The notes under the pieces were generated by a model that searched no databases, was not told the DNA's origin, and worked only from the letters and a program-made list of their open reading frames with translations. Below, in pieces: positions 35,495 through 45,977 of a DNA stretch of 64,000 nucleotides. Positions within the stretch are counted from its first letter, which is position 1, and each line of letters opens with the position of its first letter. The translations under genes were made by a program, and so were the position numbers. Origin of the DNA: Mobula hypostoma (Eukaryota); the NCBI RefSeq assembly GCF_963921235.1, contig NW_026948140.1:496001-560000 (forward strand). Reading direction: 5' to 3'.

Positions 35495-38089
35495 CACAAA
35501 ATACTCTGCAGATGCTGGGGTCAAAGCAACGCGCACAACACACTGGAGGAACTCAGCAGGTTGGGCAGCATCCGTGGAAACAAAAAGTCAACGTTTCGGG
35601 CCGAGACCCTTCGTCAGGACTGAAGAAGGAGGGGGCAGGGGCCCTATAAAGAAGGTGGGAGAGGGTGGGAAGGAGAAGGCTGGTAGGTGCCAGGTGAAAA
35701 ACCAGTAAGGGGAAAGATCAAGGGGTGGGGTGGTCCTATTCCAGGGGTAAGTAAGAGGAGGTGTCAGAGAGCTGCTGTTTGGCCTCAGTGAGGTTGAGGT
35801 CTGTCTGCCAGACTACTACAGCACCACCTTTGTCTGCAGGTTTGATGGTGAGGTTGGGATTCTGCGGGTTTGATGGTGAGGTTGGGATTAGTGCAGAGGG
35901 ATGGTGAGGTTGGGATTAGTGAGGAGAACCCTAATCCCTACCTGACCATCAAACCTGCAGACAAAGGTGGTGCCGTAGTAGTCTGGCAGACAGACCTCAA
36001 CCTCACTGAGGCCAAACAGCAGCTCTCTGACACCTCCTCTTCCTTACCCCTGGAACAGGACCCCACCAAAAAACATCAAACCATTGTCTCCTGTACCATC
36101 ACCACCTTTATCAACTCCGGAGACCTTCCATCCTCAGCCATAAAACTCATAATTCCTACACCCCGTACTGCTTGGTTTTACCTCCTCCCCATGATCCACA
36201 AGCCTGACTGTCCCAGTAGACCCGTAGTTTCTGCCTGCTCCTGCCCCACCGAACTTGTGTCTGCCTACCTGGACTCCATTTTGTCACCCATAGTTCAGTC
36301 CCTCCCCACCTGCATCCGGGATACATCCCATGCTCACCAGCTCTTCAATAACTTCCATTTCCCCGGTCCCGACTGCTTCATTTTCACTATGGATGTCCAA
36401 TCCTTATACACTTCCATTCCCCATCAGAAGGCCTCAAAGCCCTCTGTTACTTTCTGGACAATAGACCTCACCAGTTCACCACCACCACCACCACCCTCCT
36501 CTGGTTGGCAGAACTGGTACTCACACTTAATAACTTCTCTTTTGGCTCTTTCCACTTTCTTCAGACCAAGGGTGTAGCTATGAGCACTCGCATGGGCCCC
36601 AGTTATGCCTGCCTCTTCGTTGGTTATGTGGAACAGTCTGTGCTCCAAACCTATACTGGTACTGCTCCCCAACTTTTCCTTTGTTACATTGATGACTACA
36701 TTGGTGCTGCTTCCTGCACCCATGCTGAGTTCGTCAATTTCATCGACTTTGCTTCTAACTTCCACCCAGCCCTCAAATTCACTTCCTCTATCTCGGACAC
36801 TTCTCTCCCCCTTCTCGATCCCTTGGTCTCCATCTCTGGAGACAGACTGTCCACTGACATCTTCTATGAGCCCACTGACTCTCATAACTACCTCGACTAT
36901 ACCTCTTCCCACCCTGCTACATGCAAAACTGCTATTCCTTATTCCCAGTTCCTCCGTCTCTGCCACATCTGCTCCCAGGATGAGGCTTTCCATTCCAGGA
37001 CATCTCAAATGTCCTCTTTCTTTAAGGATCGTGGTTTTCCTTCTGCTGTCATCAATGATGCCCTCACTCGCATCTCCTCCACTTCCCGCACTTCGGCTCT
37101 CACCCCATCCTCCTGTTACCAAAACAGGGACAGAGTTCCCTTGTCCTCACCTACCACCCCACCAGCCTCCGGATCCAGCACATTATCCTCCGCAACTTCT
37201 GTCACCTTCAACAAGACCCCACCACTAAGCACATCTTTCCCTCTCCACCCCTCTCCGCCTTCCGCAGGGATCGTTCCCTCTGCGACTCCCTGGTCCACAC
37301 GTCCCTCCCCACGGATCTCCCACCCGGCACTTGTCCCTGCAAGCGTAAGTGCTACACCTGTCCCTACACCTCCTCTCTCACCACCATTCAGGGCCCCAAA
37401 CAGTCCTTCCAGGTGAGGCAACATTTCACTTGAGTCTGTTGGGGTCATCTATTGCATCCGGTGCTCCCGATGCGGCCTCCTCTACATCGGTGAAATCTGA
37501 TGCAGATTGGGGGACCGCTTCGTCGAGCACCTCTGCTCCATCCGCCACAACAGACAGGATCTCCCAGTAGCCACCCACTTCAACTCTGCTTCCCACTCCC
37601 ATTCGGATATGTCCATACATGGCCTCCTCTACTGCCATGATGAGGCTAAACTCAGGACGGAGGAGCAACACCTCATATACCATCTGGGTAGTCTCCAGCC
37701 CCTTGGTATGAACATAGAATTCTCCAACTTCCGGTAATTCCCACCCCCTCCCTTCCCCCATCCCAGTTTCACTCTGCCCCCTCCTCCAGCTGCCTATCAC
37801 CTCCCTCATGGTTCCACCTCCTTCTACTACCCATTGTGTTTTCCCTTATTCCTTCTTCACCTTTCCTGCCTATCACCTCTCTGCTTCCCCTCCCCCATCC
37901 CTTTATCTTTCCCCTTATTGGTTTTTCACCTGGAACCTACCAGCTTTCTCCTTCCCACCCTCCCCCCCATCTTCTTTATAGGGCCTCTGCCCCTTCCTTC
38001 TTCAGTCTTGACGAAGGGTTCCGGCCCGCAACATTGACTGTTCGTTTCCACAGATGCTGCCCGGCCTGCTGTGTTCCTCCAGCGTGTTG
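35495..38089 (+). mobile_element. Penelope-like (Neptune-type) retroelement: RT, Cys linker, GIY-YIG endonuclease and pLTR, with inverted pLTR and inverted RT piece at the 5' end; frameshifted
   Basis: RT motifs IKPADKGGAVVV, FYLLPMIHK, TMDVQSLYTSIP, QTKGVAMSTRMGPSYA, YIDD. Endonuclease GVIYCIRCSRCGLLYIGE and RFVEHL...EEQHLIYHLGSLQPLGMN. Imperfect TSD TAAA(T/G)ATCTTATT at 35482-35494 / 38090-38102 within a Rex1 remnant. Confidence 0.9.
35586..35621 (-). ncRNA. Minimal type I hammerhead ribozyme motif (inverted pLTR)
   Basis: Minus strand reads AGTC-CTGACGA-AGGGTCTCGGCCC-GAAAC-GTT-GACT; core intact, GUU cleavage triplet. Confidence 0.75.
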
Positions 38090-38319
38090 TAAAGATCTTA
38101 TTGAAGACTCCAGCCAGTTTACCAGTACAGGACATTAGAACGTAGCCATGTATCCCATCTGGGACGGATGATTTTTGTTGGTTCACCCTCCTGAAGGCAG
38201 CTTGCTTGATGGCTTGGGAGCTTAAATTGTGAATGGATGAACTCAGGGAAATGCACTGCAGAAAAGTGGAGGTTGTTTTGGGAGCAATTGCTTGGGGTTC
38301 TGGACACGTTTTTCCCAAG

Positions 38320-38690
38320 CTTAGCTGTGTGGATTCAGAATAGGCTTGCCCATAGAAGGCGGAGAGTGGTAGAAAATAGGGTGCATTCTGCCTGGAGGTC
38401 AGTGACCAGAGGTGTTCTGCAAGAATCTGTTCTGGGACCCCTGTTCTTTGTGATATTTATAAGTGACTTTGATGTGGAAGTGGAAGGGTGGATTAGTAAG
38501 TTTGCAGATGACACAAAGGTTGTGGATAGTGTGGAGGGTTGCTGTAGGTTACAATAAGACATTGATAGGAAGCAGAGCTGGGCTGAGAAGTGTCAAGTGG
38601 AGTTCAATCTGGAAAAGAGTGAATTGATTCACATTGGAAGGTCAGACTTGAAGGCAGGGTACAGGAATAATGACAGGATCCTTAACAATG
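38320..38690 (+). mobile_element. CR1 RT fragment
   Basis: WIQNRL, VLQESVLGPLFF, SKFADDTKV. Confidence 0.8.
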
Positions 38691-39024
38691 TGTGTTGCTC
38701 TGGATTTCCAGCATCTGCAGAATCGCTTGTGTTTATGATAGTCCCTTCATTCTACCCTCCTTTTTTGTGTGAATTAAACTAACTTTTTTCTCTCTTTACC
38801 AGTTTCCATGAGAGATTCTGGATCCAAAATATTAATTATTTCTCTGTTAACAGATGCCACCTGAACTACAAAGCATTTCCAGCATTTTCTGTCTGTTTAA
38901 TTTCGGGAAAGAACACAATACAAGTAAACTCTCTCGTGATCATAATGTTATGTGCATAAACTAGAAAGGGTGGATTGATGGCATTTCATTTGACTTTACT
39001 AAACACAAGCTACTTTATGTATGA

Positions 39025-39118
39025 ATAATAATACCAATAATGATAAGCAAGCACTGATTAAAAGACTTAACAAAAAGTATTTTAATCAGTGCTTGCTTAT
39101 CATTATTAGTATTATTAT
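39025..39118. repeat. Isolated hairpin: 44-bp arms, 2 mismatches, 6-nt loop
   Basis: 39025-39068 ataataataccaataatgataagcaagcactgattaaaagactt versus the reverse complement of 39075-39118. Confidence 0.9.
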
Positions 39119-40014
39119 GACAGCAAAACTGAGTGCTTTACTATCAATGACTATGATTCCTGGTCATGGAAATTAAGTACAAGGAGAGACACTCTAATTC
39201 AAAATGTTCAGAATTATTCAAACCTTTAGTGAACAAAAATTGCCTCTGCTTTTGAAGCCAATTTAGGGATGAAGATCCTAAATCCAGCTTGCCACTATTT
39301 TTCTAAAAAAAAGTTTTTTTTCCAGAGCATTTGGATTGAGTTGGCATGGCATTAGCTAACCACACCAAGGGATGGGAGCATGTGGTAAGTCTCAAGCATA
39401 AATCAAAAGGAAGAGGACCAGCCTCAAAATGAATAGGTTCACTTTCCAAGTGTAATTAAGTTGATGAAACAGTTAAGTTACTCACAACTGTTTTTGTTGA
39501 ATTCAAAGAATTTTTAGATATTTAAATTTTTTCTTCTGTAATTTATTTTTGTAAATGAAAGACATTACATATTCTATTCACATATATACTTTACTTTGAT
39601 CAGCAAAGAGTTTTAATTTATAGAATGTGGGAAATCTGTTCTGTGTTGAAAAAAATCACTGACAAAGCATCAAACAATCAAACATGATTAATTGGGAGAT
39701 TTCCCCAGGATAACTTCTAAAACAGTGAGTTTTTGGAGCTTAGAATGTTTGTCCACAAGCCACAGTTTAGGTAAAGAGCATATGCATCTCTCCAGGGAGA
39801 TATTAGAATAATTTCAATTTTGCAAACGACTAAAGGGACAATATTTTGTTGGGGATATTCTTGAGGATGGGGCTGAGCTGCAGTTAGAGTCAAAGACAGA
39901 AAATGGTTTTAAAAAAAGGCTGTGCTCAGCTGAAGTGTTAATATATGTTCAGGTCCAATATGTTCCCATAAGGGTGAAAGCCAAGAAAGGCATTCCAGGG
40001 AACCTGGAGGGCTA

Positions 40015-40810
40015 AGAACATTAGAACACAGAACATAGAACATTACAGAATACTACAAACCCTTCTGCCATGATGTTCTGCCGACCCTTAACCTACTTTA
40101 AGATCATTCTAACCATCCCTCCCACATAGCCCTCAATAGTTCTTTCATCCATGTGTCTATCCAAGAGTCTCCTAAGTGTCCCTAATGTATCTGCTTCTAC
40201 CACCAATTCTCTTCCTCACTACTTTCTACTTGCCCCTACTTTCCTCATTAAAGTTATGCCCCCTTGTATAAGCTATTTTTGCCCTTAGAAAAAGTCTCTT
40301 GGTGTCTATTTTATCTGTGCTCTTATCTTGTACACCTCTATCAAGTCACCTCTCATCCTCCTCTTCTCCAAAGAGAAAAGTCCTATCTTACTCAACTTAT
40401 CTTCATTAAATATGCTCTCTAATGCATGCAACATCCTGGTAAATCTCCTCTGCACCTCTCCAAAGCTTCCACAAATTTCCTATAATGAGGCAACCAGAAA
40501 TGAACATAATACTTCATGTGGTCTATCTTGAAGCTTTTGAAAGCAGTCTCCCAACTAAAGAAGGTCAATACACCATACACATTCTGAACAACCCACTCAG
40601 CTTATGCAGTAATTTTGAGAGATCTGCAGATGTGGATCCATCGAAAATCCCTCTGTTCCTCGACACTGCATTAATCTTGTATTCTGATTTCAAGTTTGAG
40701 CTGAATCACTTCACACTTTTCCAGGTTGAATGCCATCTGCCACTTCTCTGGCCAGCTCTGCAAGTTTACCAATGTCCTGCTGTAACCTATGACAACCTTC
40801 TGCATTGTTT
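40015..40810 (-). mobile_element. Old CR1 3' fragment
   Basis: (agaacat)n tail at ~40015-40043. Antisense CR1 motifs (tcaagtcacctctcatcctcc...tccaaagagaaaag). Confidence 0.7.
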
Positions 40811-41031
40811 GATTAAGGAGTAAAGGAAAGCATACAGCAGGAAAATTGTATCATACTAGGGGAATATTCAATAGTCTTATAACAGCTGTTGGTATATGCT
40901 TTCAGGCTTTTGTATCTTTTGCCTAATGGGAGAGGGGATAAGAGAGAATGTCGAGGGTGGCTGGGATGGACTCTGCATCACCATGGTCTCTATCTATACC
41001 CTTGCTGCCTCAGTAAAGTAGCCAGAATAAT

Positions 41032-42880
41032 GAGTTAAGTCAAGTCATTTTTTATTGTCATTTCGACCATAACTGCTGGTACAATACACAGTAAAAACGA
41101 GACAATGTTTTTCAGGACCATGGTGCTACATGAAACAATACAAAAACTACACTGAACTACGTAAAACAACACAAAACTACACTAGACTACAGACCTACCC
41201 AGGACTGCATAAAGTGCACAAAACAGTGCAGGCATTACAATAAATAATAAACAAGGCAATAGGCACAGTAGAGGGCAGTAAGTTGGTGTCAGTCCAGACT
41301 CTGGGTATTGAGGAGTCTGATGGCTTGGGGGAAGAAACTGTTACATAGTCTGGTCGTGAGAGCCCGAATGCTTCGGTGCCTTTTGTCAGATGGCAGGAGG
41401 GAGAAGAGTTTGTATGAAGGGTGCGTGGGGTTTTTCATAATGCTGTTTGCTTTACAGATGCAGTGTGTGGTGTAAATGTCTGTGATGGCGGGAAGAGAGA
41501 CCCCGATGATCTTGTCAGCTAACCTCACTATCCGCTGCAGGGTCTTGCGATCCGAGATGGTGCAATTTCCGTACCAGGCAGTGATGAGCTCCTCAGGATG
41601 CTCTCAATACAACCTCTGTAGAATGTGGTGAGGATGGGGGGTGGGGGATGGACTTTTCTCAGCCTTCACAGAAAGTAGAGACGCTGCTGGGCTTTCTTTG
41701 CTATGGAGCTGGTGTTGAGGGACCAGGTGAGATTCTCCACCAGGTGAACACCAAGAAATTTGGTGCTCTTAACGATCTGTACGGAGGAGTCGTTGATGTT
41801 TAGCGGAGAGTGGTCGCTCCTGAAGTCAACAACCATCTCTTTTGTTTTGTTCACATTCAGAGACAGGTTGTTGGCTCTGCACCAGTCTATTAGCAGCTGC
41901 ACCTCCTCTCTGTATGCTGACTCATCGTTCTTGCTGATGAGACCCACCACGGTCGTGTCATCGGCGAACTTGATGATGTGGTTCGAGCTGTGTGTTGCAG
42001 CACAGTCGCAGCAGAGTGAAGAGCAGTGGACTGAGCACACAGCCCTGGGGGGCCCCTATGCTCAGTGTGATGGTGTTGCAGATGCTGCTTCCGATTCGGA
42101 CTGACTGAGGTCTCCCAATCAGGAAGTCTAGGATCCAGTTGCAGAGGGAGGTGTTCAGGCCCAGCAGCCTCAGCTTTCCAATCAGTTTCTGAGGAATGAT
42201 TGTGTTGAATGCTGAACTGAAGTCTATGAACAGCATTCGAACATACGTATCTTATTTGTCCAGGTGGGTTAGGACCAGGTGGAGGGTGATGGCAATGGCG
42301 TCGTCTGTTAAATGGTTGGGATGGTACGTGAACTGCAGGGGTCCAGTGAGGGGGGCAGCAGGGTCTTGATGTGCCTCATGACGAGCCTCTCGAAACACTT
42401 CATGATGATGGATGCGAGTGCAACAGGACAGTAGTCGTTGAGGCAGGTCGCTGAAGACTTCTTCGGCATGGAGACGATGGTGGTGGCTTTGAAGCATGTA
42501 AGAACGACGGCGCTGCTCAGGGAGATGTTGAAGATGTCAGTGAGAATCTCTGCTAGCTGGTCTGCACATCCTCTAAGCACTCTGCCAGAAATATTGTCTG
42601 GTCCAGCAGCCTTCCGTGGGTTGACCCTGCACAGGGTTCTCGTCACATCAGCCACGGTAAGACACAGCACCTGGTTGTTTGGAGGAGGGGTGGTCTTCCT
42701 TGCTGCCACGTCATTTTCCACCTCAAAACGAACGTAGAAGTTGTTCACTGCATCTGGGAGGGAGGCATCACTAGCACAAGCAGGTGGTGTTGTCTTGTAG
42801 TTGGTGATGTCCTGAATGCCCTTCCACATGCGCTGCATGTCGCCGCTGTCCTGGAAGTGGCTGTGGATTCACTGGGTGGT
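41032..42880 (-). mobile_element. Rex1/Babar LINE 3' part (RT), frameshifted
   Basis: ORFs 42308-42838 ([15 protein letters not shown]), 41958-42236 ([21 protein letters not shown]), 41666-42040 (IIKFADD) and 41289-41528. Confidence 0.88.
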
Positions 42881-43082
42881 GGTTTCCATGATGAGCTACG
42901 GTGTGTCCATTACTCTCTGTATTTTCTTGCTGTCACGTGCAGAGAAATTGCCATACTGAGCCGCATGCATCCAAACAACATGCTTTCTATGGAACATCAA
43001 TAAAAATTGTTGAGGGTCAAAGGTGACACACCAAACTTGTTTAGCCTCCTCAGGAAGTAGAGGTGCTCGAGAGCTTTCTTAG

Positions 43083-44153
43083 TGTCACGTACCCCATGAT
43101 GGAAATAAAGAACCAGCAGAAACAGAAAACACTTTGGAGTCAAGTATTGCTATAAGCTAATAATATTTATTAGTAACTACACAATACAGTAATATAAATG
43201 TAGATAAATCAAACAGGTTAGCAATGATTATATATAAGTAAGTACATCAGTAAGTGAGGAAATATATGTATGAAAAACCAAGCTTCTTTAAGTCTAGGGG
43301 TAAAAAGATACAGTCTTACAATAATGAGTAGAGTTCAAGCAACACACATAAAAGTTGCTGGTGAACGCAGCAACTTTTATGTGTGTGGCTTGAATTTCCA
43401 GCATCTGCAGAATTCCTGTTGTACGAGTAAAGTTGAGCAGAGAGACAGAGAGACAGAGAGACAGAGAGACAGATATTTGAGTCTTCAAGTAAGCTGACGC
43501 CGTTGATCTTCTCGTTGTCCTTTGAAATCCTCTAAAAGTCACCGACTGCAACTTTAACAAAGTGGACTAGTTTTCTGTGGTGGAGCCATCACCCAGGCAA
43601 GGGTGGACACATGGACAACTCCCCACCGGTCACTGCCTTTTCTTTTCACTGCAAGAGCCACTGGTCGATCTGCCTGATCGATCCTCCAAAAACCCACTTT
43701 TTCTGTGGCACAACAAAGCTCATTCAGTGTCCAAAACATGTGCTTGAGGTCTATATCATCCGACCTCCTACTTATCTCACTGTACTGGGTATCAACTGTC
43801 ATTCAAATAACGCCTCCTTCCTCTCCCTGTGTAAGAAATACACTAGCATGCCATGTCCTTGGGAAGTATCAACACGCTGCCGAAAAAATCATAACATCAA
43901 TTGTCCATCAAATAACTGCCCTCGGTTACCATAGCAACTTACGAGCTGCTTGGTGCCATCTCTCTCTCCAAATCAGCAGAAATCCAAAAGTTACTTCCAG
44001 TGCCTTAAAGTGACAGTCCAACAGTTAGTCTTTGTCTCTCTCTCTCCAAAACAAGATATCGATGTTAAATAACTCCCTCTCTCTCTTTTCAAAAGCACAG
44101 TTAATAGGGGTAAATGAGCACACTTCTTAGCGGTAATTCAGGACCCCGTCACA
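43083..44153. mobile_element. Solo LTR (~1.07 kb) with TG...CA termini and 5-bp TSD CTTAG, containing a small Penelope fold-back fragment
   Basis: cttag|TGTCACGTACCCC at 43078-43095 and CCCCGTCACA|cttag ending at 44158. Flanks are an old minus-strand Rex1. Confidence 0.75.
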
Positions 44154-45885
44154 CTTAGCCATGCTGTTATCAATAATTAATAGTCTAAGGTAGGTGTCTT
44201 TACTGTCCAGATGCTCTACAGATGAGAGTAGAGTCAGGGAGATGGCATCTGGAGTGAACCTGCTGTGGCGGTAGGCGAATTACAGTAGGTTAAGATTGTC
44301 TGGGAGGTTTGTTGTTGATGTGTGCCATAACCAGTCTCTCGAAGCACTTTATCATGGCAGATGTCATAGCCATTGGTTGGTAGTCATTAAGGCACATTAA
44401 CTAGCCTAATAAGAAGGTAGATTGTGAAGTCAAAATTCCGTCCACTAGGGAACTATTTAATAGTCTTATAACAGAAGGGTAGAAGGTATCTTTAAACCTG
44501 GTGGACAGAAGAAAGAATATCAGGGATAGATGGTGTTTCTGATTATGCTAGCTGCTTTACTTAGGTTCAGTGGAGAGCAAATAAGGAAATTAGCCACATC
44601 TAAGGTGGGCAGCCATACCTGTAGAGAGAGAGTTAAGAAACGAATGGTACATGGAAGGGAAGTGGTTGTTGGAGAGATCAGTGACCCCACAACTCTCACT
44701 CAGGCCGTACTCTAACTCCTGTCTCCATCTGGAGGGTCTGTCATGTGTTACGTAACTGGCAACAATGAATATTAATCGAGACAGGTTTTATGAAAACAAC
44801 CAAACATTTATTAAACACATATAAACGATAAGGGAAAAAAAACAAAGGAAAACTTTAACCGGAGGCTAACAGGTACGCAGCCGTTCATCAACTCCACTCG
44901 GCTCTGGTTCTTAAAGCGTTAAATGCTGAAACAGTTCTTAAAGCAATACAGTCAGATATAGTTCTTAAAGCGATAACTTCGCAAGTCCAACAGTTTTACA
45001 CATTCAATTTCTACCCTACTGTGTCACCTGAGTCGACCCTTATATAGTCACGGGGGCACATGTCATCACGTGACCTCACATCGGCGAGAAAATCACAACG
45101 GGTGACCTCCAAAAGACCATTACATTATTCTCACAAAAAAAATCTCCTTGAGCATGTAACACTTCCCTCCAAAAAAAAACTTTTTTGATCTCTTGAAGAA
45201 CAAAAATTTAACAATTTACACAAAAAAATACAAAGATATAAGATTTACAAAATACACAATATATACAATCTTATATCTTTCAGCCCTTTACAAACTAATC
45301 TACATTGACTTCTCTGGAGAAAGATTTCTTCACCGACGCACCTTTACTGCTGGTTCCGTCCACAGGATTCCCGATGCCGAAAATAAACAGTTTAAATCAA
45401 CTGACCTTAAGTTCCTTTAGAGAGAGAGAGCCTTGTTGCATGAACTCATTGCGCTATTGCAAGAGTTATCTCAATGCAGGTTCTCTTCAACGAAGACTCA
45501 GTAAGGTCGATTCTTTATCAAACTGCCAAACAATGCTGACTTCTCTCGATCCTTCACTTCAATGAATTCTTCACTCTCCCTTCAAAACTGTCGGAATTGA
45601 GTAAATTGGCACTTCCAGCCACAAATTTCCAGTCCAAATGCAATATCTTGTAAGAGAACGCACCTTCCGTTTTAAAAATGAAACTGTGTCACAAAAACAA
45701 AAACAAACACGCAACAGAAACGGAGGCACAACACATTCTACCTGGAAATCTACATACTCAAAAACCCTACTGTGTCTGTCTGTATCTTGTTTTACGGCGG
45801 TTGGCATCCAGCTTAATGGTGCATTACCGCCACCCTCTGCTCCAGAATGTGCACTAGACATACATTCTAAATCCCTTCACCCAAT

Positions 45886-45918
45886 CACACACACACGCAC
45901 ACACACACACACACACAC
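45886..45918. repeat. (CA)n microsatellite in the LINE 3' UTR
   Basis: cacacacacgcacacacacacacacacacaca. Confidence 0.9.
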
Positions 45919-45977
45919 AAACCTACACTTCACCCTCCCATCTTTGACCATCCTAGTATCCTATTCCTGTTTATTCG

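Noticed and set aside
38004..38039. Functional hammerhead in the 3' pLTR
   Set aside because: The core is mutated (TTGACGA, GCAAC), so it is recorded only as a decayed copy.
39694..39706. NF-kB-like site GGGAGATTTCCCC in the unique region
   Set aside because: Imperfect match, 8 kb from the gene, and expected by chance without conservation data.
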